This document shows, piece by piece, positions 1 to 8,832 of a stretch of DNA of 64,000 bases (positions within the stretch are counted from its first letter, which is position 1; each line of letters starts with the position of its first letter). Source of the DNA: Corallochytrium limacisporum Hawaii (lineage: Eukaryota; Protista; Pluriformea). The notes under the pieces were generated by a model. The model saw only the letters and a program-made list of their open reading frames with translations, was not told the DNA's origin and searched no databases. The stretch spans positions 124,001 to 188,000 of the forward strand of contig PDIP01000026.1 in assembly GCA_002811645.1 (NCBI GenBank), given 5' to 3'. A program made the translations under genes and the position numbers.

Positions 1-2
1 AC

Positions 3-452
3 AAGACTTTAGCCATTAGCGGTGGCAAGGGAGTGCTGCTAGTGGTACCCATGCCCTCCTCGAGTGATTACAAGCGCAAAGACAAGGCCAACATGCTGGG
101 TCGTGCGTTCACATTTCCGTATTGCTGCGGAGCCATTGTTGGATGGGGATCTATGTACAGCATGAACTACGGTTATGCATTCAGCATTGTTGATGACAAC
201 GCACTGGTTGTTCTTAGCACAGACGCCTGCATCAATCAGGTCGACACGGGCAATATCAACGCGTATTTTGCAGAGAAACCAAACGTGGTCAAGTTTGGGG
301 ATGTTCACGAGGTAGCATATATTGGCTTCCTCATTCAGAGCGAGGAAGCCTTGGACACATTCTTTACGTTCTTGGGCTCCATCAAACCTCCGCTTTTGTC
401 AGTGTTGGCACGGTCTGGTTATGACGTTCAGGTCGAGGCCAGGGCTTTGTGA
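3..452 (+). CDS. 3' end of a hypothetical protein that begins upstream of the window
   Basis: The frame is open from position 3 (KTLAISGGKGVLLVVPMP...) to TGA at 450-452. It is convergent with the PARG-like gene 71 nt away, like other tail-to-tail pairs here. No family recognised. Confidence 0.45.
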   Translation, partial: KTLAISGGKGVLLVVPMPSSSDYKRKDKANMLGRAFTFPYCCGAIVGWGSMYSMNYGYAFSIVDDNALVVLSTDACINQVDTGNINAYFAEKPNVVKFGDVHEVAYIGFLIQSEEALDTFFTFLGSIKPPLLSVLARSGYDVQVEARAL

Positions 453-523
453 AGGACCAGCAGACTGTATGTGATGTCATTCCTTTTGCCAGCTTTGCGG
501 ATATGTACCCGGAATAAATGAAA

Positions 524-2005
524 CTAGAAGAATAAGTCGAACAGGTCGGGAACTGCACTGCCATCTAGAGACATGCAAGCGCTCGCAAAGTGTGCAAGGA
601 TGTCCAATAGATGTCCCACAGTGACATGGTGCTCTTCCTCCATATCCGTGTCATCCTCTATCAGACCCAAGAGATCTCTCTCAAAGTCCTCATCCTGGCG
701 GATGCAGAAAACCAGTTCTTTTACATCAGCCAGACTGGCAGCAATGACCTGTTCGAGAGCTTTGACCTGCCTATTCCCTCCGAAAACCCCAGAACCCCAA
801 TGTCCCGTGTACACTACTCCTGGCCGCGGCTTCCCTGCAATAGATCGCATCTGGAATGATGCCAGCGCCTTTGCCATATCTCGTTCCCTCGTTGGTTTGC
901 AAGTTTCATCTGCAAGTCTGCTACCTGGAGGGTCATCCTTGACTGTGCTTAAATCCTTCGCATCCATGAATACAACCCAACGATTCTTGCTGCGTTCCTC
1001 TTCGATTTCCACGTCCGATGATGGTGCAACGTACTCAAGATGCTCGCCGTACCCCTTTGTCAGGCTGGGCAGGACGAACCCAGAGACCGTGATCACTTCT
1101 TCGTCACCCATTGGTGGCGCCAGTAAGGCTACCAGGGCAAGTTCAGGCGCATTGCCAATCAAACACTCTTCCTGGCTTCCACCTGGACCCATTGCCGGTG
1201 CCCTGTTAGCGAAACTAACATGCATCGATGGTACTTTCAAACTTGCTGGTGAACTACTAATTTCATCAGCTGGACCTTTCATTCCTACCCGGCGGCTATG
1301 ATCGAATCGCACTCGACAACATTTTGTTTTGAACATTGCCGGGCTGGCAAGGAGGTCGTGAACAGTTTGGATCCTGGTTGCATCGTCATCTGCATCCTTC
1401 ACAGCATCCTTGAAGGGTCCCAGGGTGCTCAGCTTCAAGGTCTGTCGATTGTATGCAACGACCCGTGAAGAGGACGAATGTGCGGATGCCTGCTGCCGAA
1501 AATAGTCAAATAAGCACTTGAGATGGACTTCATTTGCTTTGCTGTCGTTTGCACGCTGTAGGTACACCCGAAAGTCGCGGAAGCGTGTGTCAGTGCCTTG
1601 TTCCCCGTCCGGGCCAGCCTCGAGCGGCAGACCAAGGAACATAAAAGCCAGTAGACGAGCACAGTCCTTGGCCTGCAGACGTAAACTGACATTTTCATCT
1701 GAAGGCAGCACAGGTAAGTGTGGGATCCCTTGCAGTCCATGGTCTGATATTGCCACGCCATAGATTGTCGGCAGTATTTCTGCGAGTCCCGTTTTCTCGT
1801 CCAATTCCCGTAAGTACTCGCGGTCCAATACCGCACCTCGTTTCCCATACTGATTGATTAACCATGCTATGTTGATTTGATCTGCGGAAAGATGATTGAT
1901 GTGGTCCCATTCCTCTTTGTGATCGGCCACGGCCCAGGGCATGGCCACAGCGGAGCGGTGCCATGTCTGATGGACAGGATCCTCTTCTTCTATCACGAGT
2001 GCCAT
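524..2005 (-). CDS. PARG: Poly(ADP-ribose) glycohydrolase (PARG)-like macrodomain protein
   Basis: 493 aa. HVSFANRAPAMGPGGSQEECLIGNAPEL matches the PARG VDFAN...QEE...PE catalytic loop. YTGHWGSGVFGGNRQVKALEQVIAAS matches the PARG TGNWGCGAFGGD..LK...Q..AA motif. Confidence 0.8.
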   Translation of the reverse strand: MALVIEEEDPVHQTWHRSAVAMPWAVADHKEEWDHINHLSADQINIAWLINQYGKRGAVLDREYLRELDEKTGLAEILPTIYGVAISDHGLQGIPHLPVLPSDENVSLRLQAKDCARLLAFMFLGLPLEAGPDGEQGTDTRFRDFRVYLQRANDSKANEVHLKCLFDYFRQQASAHSSSSRVVAYNRQTLKLSTLGPFKDAVKDADDDATRIQTVHDLLASPAMFKTKCCRVRFDHSRRVGMKGPADEISSSPASLKVPSMHVSFANRAPAMGPGGSQEECLIGNAPELALVALLAPPMGDEEVITVSGFVLPSLTKGYGEHLEYVAPSSDVEIEEERSKNRWVVFMDAKDLSTVKDDPPGSRLADETCKPTRERDMAKALASFQMRSIAGKPRPGVVYTGHWGSGVFGGNRQVKALEQVIAASLADVKELVFCIRQDEDFERDLLGLIEDDTDMEEEHHVTVGHLLDILAHFASACMSLDGSAVPDLFDLFF

Positions 2006-2400
2006 GCTACTCTATTGATTTACAGTTCCATATCTTGTCTGTGTCATGTTCGTAAATAAATGGATACGGATTGTGATCTTTGCGCACAATCTTATCGTAT
2101 CGTGGATTTATAAATTTGTTGTCTCTGAAGTATCCGGGCGAATAGTGGGCCAAGGCAACCGACTCCGAGAGTCACACACTCAAGGTCGGCGAGGGAGAGG
2201 GCACCAAATTGAACCACGCGTTTACATAAAACATAGAGTTAAGGAAGGTGAACTAGACCTCGTTTACAGTCTTCTAAATTATTGCAGTCGTCATGTGCTG
2301 ATACGTACTGCATAAGCATCAAAGACGAACAGAAATTCTTTTCACTTCTTCGGATTTGCTCCCGGGCGTCAAAATGAGCGCGGCATTAGGCTTGATATTC

Positions 2401-2619
2401 TTATTTCTTCTTGCCTTGGGTGCCACCATTGGCAGCAGCCTCAGCAGCAGCGGCGGCCTTTCGGGCTTGCTTCTCCTTCAGAGCGTTAGCATCGCGCTCA
2501 CGGCGCTGTTCTGGGGTCAGCCCCTTATTGGTATCCGTATCAGACTGACCCTTGCTCTTTCCAGCCTGTTTCTTCTGGTTCTTGGCGCGGGCTAGATCAC
2601 GCTGGTTTCCGCGGGCCAT
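2401..2619 (-). CDS. SERF: SERF/4F5 family small EDRK-rich factor
   Basis: 72 aa. Starts MARGNQRDLARAKNQKKQ and contains QRRERDANALKEKQARK, both typical of the family. Confidence 0.92.
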   Translation of the reverse strand: MARGNQRDLARAKNQKKQAGKSKGQSDTDTNKGLTPEQRRERDANALKEKQARKAAAAAEAAANGGTQGKKK

Positions 2620-3277
2620 GGTTCCACTATTTTTCTTTTAGGTGTTTGTATTTATCTTTCCTTTTCGGTTACCCAGTGCCTCAGCACCACAAGTCCCTTT
2701 TCACATACGATGTCCTGTATCGGCAGCCGTTTTGTTCACTGCTAGTTTGCACAACAACCTTCTACAAAGTGCACGATTGGTCATGGTCCTAAGCCAAAAA
2801 TAGCACTACCTACACTGTCCGTCACCCAGCTGAAAGGGTAGCAAGAATACAACGCATACGATGAAGAAAATCATAGTGAAGAAAACGAAGACGGAACGCA
2901 CGAAGCAAGCTCACCGCTTTGAAATGCGCTCGGCCGATCATGGAGCCGCACCAGTCGCACTCCAGAGTATGCAATCGATTTCTTCTGTAGGGCTAGCCTA
3001 ACTCCCACCCGGCCATAAGCAATCGGGAGTCCCTTTTCTGAGACCCTCTGGTTAGTTTTTAAATTGGTGGACGGGCCTGGCGCAGATTGAATGGCTCTGG
3101 TTACCCACCGCGAATACACACGGCGGTATTGTTGTCAGGCTTGGTACATGAAACTACGAAGATGTCAGCAACTTGCCGCATGGCAGCGGTCACAGTCGAA
3201 ATCTCAACGGGCTCCCTTCCTAACTTTCTATCGGACGGTCATATGTTAAAGGGTTTTAGCACAAGGCAGACTGTGTC

Positions 3278-3685
3278 ATGACGGTGCGACTCCCGCGTAT
3301 CGGCACTGACATTGCCCATATTTCACGGTTCAGAAAGATCCTACTTTCAAAGCATGAGGACAAGTTCTGTAAACGAATTCTATCAGAGGCTGAAATCAGC
3401 GTATACAAGGACCGATACAAACGTCATGGACCAGAAGCTGCTGCGGTTTTCTTTGCGGGTAGGTGGGCGATGAAAGAAGCGCTGACAAAAGCCTTTGCAG
3501 CCAAGCAGTGGTTACAGTGGACGCACATTAACACGGTCCATGAGAACCACAAGGATGGCAGCATGCCGGTTGTGACATTGACGGGGCCCTATAAACAATA
3601 CGCACAAGAACTGGACGCTCAGGAATTTCAGGTGAGTATCAGCCACGATGGGGACTATGCCATAGCCATGGTCATGATAAGCTGA
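3278..3685 (+). CDS. acpS: AcpS-type 4'-phosphopantetheinyl transferase (holo-ACP synthase; Ppt2-like)
   Basis: 135 aa. Motifs IGTDIAHISRF, FAGRWAMKEALTKA and VSISHDGDYAIAMV. Confidence 0.9.
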   Translation: MTVRLPRIGTDIAHISRFRKILLSKHEDKFCKRILSEAEISVYKDRYKRHGPEAAAVFFAGRWAMKEALTKAFAAKQWLQWTHINTVHENHKDGSMPVVTLTGPYKQYAQELDAQEFQVSISHDGDYAIAMVMIS

Positions 3686-4017
3686 CACCAAGTGTTTCCC
3701 AACCAATTGACCGCACAACACCCATGCAATACATTGGCATATCAATATCCATTCATAATCCATAATATCCATATGATCAGTACCAGAGATCGGCCGTACC
3801 CTGGTCAGGGAAGCCCGGAGCTGGTACTCGAGCGGGTCCTTGAACCCCACCGTGCCCGCTCTGCCACTGGGGGAGGGGCCTCCAGAATTCGCGGGGATTC
3901 AGGTATTTGGAGCCCGCACATGCTCCGGTATTTCCATGACGTTCCGTGCGAACAACTATTGTGTGCTAGAAGATAGTAATAACAATTTCAGTGCAGAAAA
4001 ATGTAAACAAGAACACA

Positions 4018-5565
4018 ATGGCTGCCTCAAAGAGTGCCGGTAAGGCTAAAGTGAGGCAGAAAGATCGGCAAAAATTGCGTCGGAAGCAGCGTCTCGAGGC
4101 ACAAGCAAACGGAATCGTGAAGGGCACACCGAACAAAGGTGAAGATCGAGATGAAATCAATGATGAATTTGTAGTGGAGAAAATTACCGTTCCGTCGCAG
4201 CTAGCCTCGAAGGCAACGCCCGGGTTTGTGGAGGACGAGGATCCCCAAATATTTGCCGAGATCATTCGGGCAAAGTTTGCTATATCGGACGAACCAGATA
4301 TTGTCATTGGAAGGAAACGGAAATTTGATGATGAAGAAGAATATGATATTGTTGATGAAGACGTAGCAGGCTATCAAAGAGGAGACGCAGGGGACAACGT
4401 AGCCCCTATGTCAAAAACACGGTTAAAGAAAATTGTCCGGCCTTCGCTAGCTGAACTAAAGCTCAAAGCCCCGAGACCGGACCTCATAGAGGCCGGTGAC
4501 GTCAATGCATTAGACCCTGACTTTCTTGCACAGCTGAAGGGCCTAAGACACGCAGTGGCAGTTCCACCAAACTGGTCGTCGAAGCGAAGGTTCCTTAGTC
4601 AACAGAGAGGGCAGGAACGCAAAGCGTACCAGCTTCCGGAGTATATTAAGGCTACCGGGGTCCAGGAAAAACGAGATGCTGCAAAAGAACTTGAATCCAC
4701 TGCTAGTGCTGCGGCGCTATCGCGCATGAAGATTCGTCCAAAGCTGGGGCGCATGGCACTGGACTACCAGAAGCTGTACGATGCCTTCTTTAAATGGCAG
4801 ACCCGTCCATCTCTGACCCCTCATGGCAAGATCTTCACAGGCAAGGAAGATGATCTTCATAGGGAATTCAGTCCAGGCCAAATATCTGACCGCCTCCGGG
4901 TGGCACTGGGTATGCCGATTGGCCCAGGAAGCGAGAAGATTCCGCCCCCATGGTTGATTTCAATGCAAAGGTATGGGCCACCACCGGCTTATCCCGGCTT
5001 GCCTATCCCTGGTTTGAACTGCCCCATTCCGGAAGGGTGCTACTTTGGATATCATGCTGGAGGCTGGGGCAAACCACCGGTCGATCAGTATGGTAACCCG
5101 ATATACGGAAATGTCTTTGATCGGGCCGCAAGTGGAGATCACAGCATACTCCACTATCGATGGGGTACCATGGATGAAACGCTGGAACCCAGCGAGTACG
5201 AGGAGGTTGAACAGGATGAAAATGAGGCAGAGCAAGTCCAAGCTGGAGCTCAAGGTGAGAAAGAAGCAGAACTGACCATCAACCGACATGGCGATGCAAT
5301 TTCAGCGCCATCAGAGGGCATCTCATCCGAGGTTAACATCGATCAATCTGACAGCAAACGCCTCTACGAAGTACTCGAAAAGGAAGATGGCTCTGGGACC
5401 TACACCGGAGTGTCTAAGAAACGGAAGACACAGAAAGAAGTAGCCATTTCGGACGATGACGAAGATGAAGAGGCACTCCCTGATCTACGCAAACACGTCT
5501 CTGATCACCGTGCCCACTCAGCAAAGGAGCGACTATCCAAACTCTCTAAAGAATACAAATTGTAG
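4018..5565 (+). CDS. SF3B2: Splicing factor 3B subunit 2 (SF3b145/Cus1)
   Basis: DUF382 region (RPSLAELK, VPPNWSSKRRFL, RPKLGRMALDYQKLYDAFFKWQ) and PSP domain (PPPWLISMQRYGPPPAYPGLPIPGLNCPIP, FGYHAGGWGKPPVD). First ATG is at 4018; the ORF track starts at an upstream GTG. Confidence 0.93.
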   Translation: MAASKSAGKAKVRQKDRQKLRRKQRLEAQANGIVKGTPNKGEDRDEINDEFVVEKITVPSQLASKATPGFVEDEDPQIFAEIIRAKFAISDEPDIVIGRKRKFDDEEEYDIVDEDVAGYQRGDAGDNVAPMSKTRLKKIVRPSLAELKLKAPRPDLIEAGDVNALDPDFLAQLKGLRHAVAVPPNWSSKRRFLSQQRGQERKAYQLPEYIKATGVQEKRDAAKELESTASAAALSRMKIRPKLGRMALDYQKLYDAFFKWQTRPSLTPHGKIFTGKEDDLHREFSPGQISDRLRVALGMPIGPGSEKIPPPWLISMQRYGPPPAYPGLPIPGLNCPIPEGCYFGYHAGGWGKPPVDQYGNPIYGNVFDRAASGDHSILHYRWGTMDETLEPSEYEEVEQDENEAEQVQAGAQGEKEAELTINRHGDAISAPSEGISSEVNIDQSDSKRLYEVLEKEDGSGTYTGVSKKRKTQKEVAISDDDEDEEALPDLRKHVSDHRAHSAKERLSKLSKEYKL

Positions 5566-6210
5566 AACGGAGATTGTGATCTATATAAATTCAGTATGGA
5601 TTCAATGTGTCGCATATTTTCTACCCCCGCAACAGGACATGGGCAGAGGAGGAGGCTCCACTCATACCCCCGCCACATAAGACGACGCAGAGGGGGGGTT
5701 TTTTTTTGCAGCTTTGTGGTGGGAGGAGGGCTTCAAGGATCAACTGCCGACCCGCCCACCGAGCCAGCTTATCAACCTGCCGGCCAGCCCCGATTTCAGT
5801 GCTTTTTCTACTCGCAAGGGTATCCCCGATGAGGAGGAAGCGAGTCGACCCCCCCCCCCCGGGGAGAGGGGGAGTGTGGCGTTTAGCTTTGCTGTAGTCA
5901 GCTCTGTTCGCTGCGCTATGACGAGTGCGGGACTGGGGCAGGGGGGTATTAAGCGTCACCTCTCTGCTTTGGAATGCTCACCGACCCTTCCCTTTAGCCC
6001 CCAACTTCCCCACGGGTCAACGCAGGCTGCATTGTGGAGACTATTGCGGCCGTCGGGATCATAGGAGCTTATGGTACTAGACGGGGGGTACAAGTGGAAC
6101 TTCAAAAAATTTCTACTACCTGCACTTTATTTGACAACTTTGCAATGTACTGAAATAATGCGCATCGTGTATAGTATGGAATCAGTGAGGTGAGTAAACA
6201 CTAAGCAAAC

Positions 6211-8400
6211 ATGGTGCGCTTAAAGGAAAAGGTCACCGGAGCCCCTGGTGTGACGTGGGCAGCCTGGTTTGTATTTCTGTCCATGTTTTTTGTGAATTTC
6301 ATAGTACTTGCAGAGGGGAGTGCAAATCACAAGGAGCTTTCTCATGGCCTTACCCGCCGGGAGGACACCATCACAAGGACAGAGACGACAACAGTGTCAG
6401 TAGCCAACACAACTCTCACGGAGACCCAGACACAGACACAGACACAGACACAGACACAGACACAGACGCAGACACAGACACAGACACAGACACAGACCAC
6501 AACAGTTGACAAACAGACAGATGGTAATGCAACCGAGACTACTCCTGGTATACCACCGCCCCCTCACGAACCTGATGGCGGAGAGGCTGAACGGGCGAGT
6601 TCATATGAGATCATGTTTATTTCCATGGTGCTGCTGGCTTGCATCTTCTTGATCTACTTAATGAACAAAATCCACTTTAAGTACCTCCCGGAGTCAATTG
6701 CGATAGTGCTCATTGGGTTCCTTATTGGTCTGGCATTGAAGCTGTCGGGGAACCATTTCGCAAAGGAAGAACAAATCGACCCGCAAGTCTTCTTTTTGTT
6801 TTTATTGCCTCCCATCATGTTTGAATCCGGGTACACCCTCCACAAGGGTAACTTTTTCTCCAATTTTGGCTCAATTAGCCTTTACGCAGTGGCAGGTACG
6901 GCGATCTCAGCGTTTGTGACGGGGTTCGGATTGTGGCTGTTTGGGCTAATCGGAATTGCATACTACATGCCGTTCTATCATTGCATGGCCTTCGGATCCA
7001 TCATCAGTGCTGTGGATCCTGTGGCCACACTGGCGATTTTTAAGGCCCTTGATGTCGACCCGACTTTGTACACTTTGGTCTTTGGTGAATCTATTCTGAA
7101 TGACGCAGTTGCCATTGTTTTGACTAGAACAGTTTTGGAATTTGCGAAGTACGAGTTTACCTTCACTGTGTTCATGTCAGCAGTGGGCAAGTTCTTCTTA
7201 CTCTTCTTTGGTTCCGCGGGTATCGGAATCCTTGCAGGCGTTTTTAGTGCGATCCTGCTCAAGGTCATTAACATTCGAAATCTACCAACGCTGGAGTTTG
7301 CGACGGTGACTATCTTTGCATACTTCCCCTTTGTTATGGGTGAAGCACTTGAGCTATCGGGCATCATGGCAGTACTTTTTACTGGGATAGTGATGTCCCA
7401 CTACACCATGTACAATTTGTCGCCAACAACACAGATTTCCACTCAGCAGTTTTTCAGAACGCTGGCCTACATCTCGGAGACATTAGTATTTGCGTACCTG
7501 GGATTGGCTATTTTCAGCTTCGAACACATTTTCAAACCAGGGTTCTATATTTGTGCCATTATCATGGTCATGGTAGGACGAGGGGCCAATATCTTCCCCT
7601 TGACACGCGTGCTGAATCGCTTCAGAAGCCAGCCTATCAGCGAGGCCAATCAATTTATTATGTGGTTTTCGGGACTTCGTGGTACGATTGCCTTTGTGCT
7701 AAGTATTCAATTATTGGAGGATCCTCCTTTCTCGGAGGAGCAGCGGGTGGTTATTCGTACTACGGCCTTGTTCACAGTGTTATTCACGATTGTAGTTTTA
7801 GGTGGCAGCACGTTGCCTTTCATCAAGGCCTTTGGAACTGATAATGTCCGTCGTTCAGTTGATCATCTGTCCATTGGCAAGACTCATGATATGGAAACGA
7901 ATTTGCAGACTGAATGGAACTGGATCAATGATGACCAAAACGTGGCCCTAAGCGCCCAGAACGTTTTTGAATGGGTGGATCGGAAGGCCCTACGTCCTCT
8001 CTTAAGACGAAAGTACAACTTGGCAGAGATGGAACGGGCCCATCGAGAACTGGGTCGTCTGCGTCAGAACTTCTACGACCGAGTGGCTATGCACTCCGGC
8101 AATGATGTACAGTTTGAGCAGACAGCCCTTGGGCGAGAGCAGTCATTCGTAGCGGGAGACCTTGAGAATGGGGATGAAGAGATGGCTTGGATGAATCCAT
8201 CAGCGGAGGCCCTTCAGCTCGAGCCAATTGCGGACGAATTCACAGGCTTTGAGACCAAACCTAGTGTCACTGGAGTACGTTTTGCAGACGAGCAGAACGG
8301 ACATCCTTCGAACGGTCGCAGTCACAGCGATCGTCACGAAATTCGGGACAGCGACCAGGACGCAAGCGCGCTGATCGATTTGTCGTCCGAGCGATCGTAA
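6211..8400 (+). CDS. SLC9A8: Organellar Na+/H+ exchanger, CPA1 family, NHE8-like
   Basis: 729 aa, multi-pass membrane protein. Motifs FFLFLLPPIMFESGYTLHKGNFFSNFGSI, ISAVDPVATLAIF, LVFGESILNDAVAIVL, WFSGLRG. N-terminal signal-like segment followed by a Thr-rich stalk. Confidence 0.9.
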   Translation: MVRLKEKVTGAPGVTWAAWFVFLSMFFVNFIVLAEGSANHKELSHGLTRREDTITRTETTTVSVANTTLTETQTQTQTQTQTQTQTQTQTQTQTQTTTVDKQTDGNATETTPGIPPPPHEPDGGEAERASSYEIMFISMVLLACIFLIYLMNKIHFKYLPESIAIVLIGFLIGLALKLSGNHFAKEEQIDPQVFFLFLLPPIMFESGYTLHKGNFFSNFGSISLYAVAGTAISAFVTGFGLWLFGLIGIAYYMPFYHCMAFGSIISAVDPVATLAIFKALDVDPTLYTLVFGESILNDAVAIVLTRTVLEFAKYEFTFTVFMSAVGKFFLLFFGSAGIGILAGVFSAILLKVINIRNLPTLEFATVTIFAYFPFVMGEALELSGIMAVLFTGIVMSHYTMYNLSPTTQISTQQFFRTLAYISETLVFAYLGLAIFSFEHIFKPGFYICAIIMVMVGRGANIFPLTRVLNRFRSQPISEANQFIMWFSGLRGTIAFVLSIQLLEDPPFSEEQRVVIRTTALFTVLFTIVVLGGSTLPFIKAFGTDNVRRSVDHLSIGKTHDMETNLQTEWNWINDDQNVALSAQNVFEWVDRKALRPLLRRKYNLAEMERAHRELGRLRQNFYDRVAMHSGNDVQFEQTALGREQSFVAGDLENGDEEMAWMNPSAEALQLEPIADEFTGFETKPSVTGVRFADEQNGHPSNGRSHSDRHEIRDSDQDASALIDLSSERS
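6424..6495 (+). repeat. In-frame hexanucleotide microsatellite (ACNCAG)x12 encoding (TQ)12
   Basis: Twelve units, mostly ACACAG (one ACCCAG, one ACGCAG), inside the exchanger N-terminus. Confidence 0.95.
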
Positions 8401-8529
8401 ATTTCCTGGCAGCTGGTCTGATCGCTAGACCCGGATCCAATCCCAATATACAAAAATTTCGTGTAGTTCTATAGTACAAATGGTAGTTCCCCGCTTCTGT
8501 GCAAGGCTGCCGAACCCTGAGGCGAATCT

Positions 8530-8541
8530 TTTCGCGCCAAA
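8530..8541. promoter_or_regulatory. Candidate E2F site upstream of WAPL
   Basis: TTTCGCGCCAAA matches the TTTSSCGC consensus on both strands, ~290 nt upstream of the WAPL ATG. Confidence 0.5.
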
Positions 8542-8832
8542 CCCCACGCAGAAAATATCTGTCAATGTCTCAGCCGCCCCGCACCCAGTGAGACCCCCTA
8601 GTCTCATAGCGAAGTGGGAAAGCAAAGACTGACCACGTACGGACCCAGAATTCGTAGGCGTGCAGTTAGAGGTGAGCAAGTGGTATTTAAGTAACGGGAC
8701 CATAGAAGACTCTTCCATGATAGACGAAGACACATGTATTGTCTAAGTCGATGATTGAATCTATACCTTGCATGTGCCAGCGGAAAAGTATGTGACTAAT
8801 AGACAACTTCATAGAACGTACACAAAGGCGTA

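Noticed and set aside
573-1301. 242-aa ORF antisense to PARG, and similar shadow ORFs inside RTTN, PTGR, PhoD and the methyltransferase
   Set aside because: They overlap well-supported genes and have Ser/Arg-rich shadow composition.
2870-3120. Possible ncRNA (U4- or telomerase-like words) between SERF and AcpS
   Set aside because: Only short partial word matches; there is no Sm site, full template or supporting structure.
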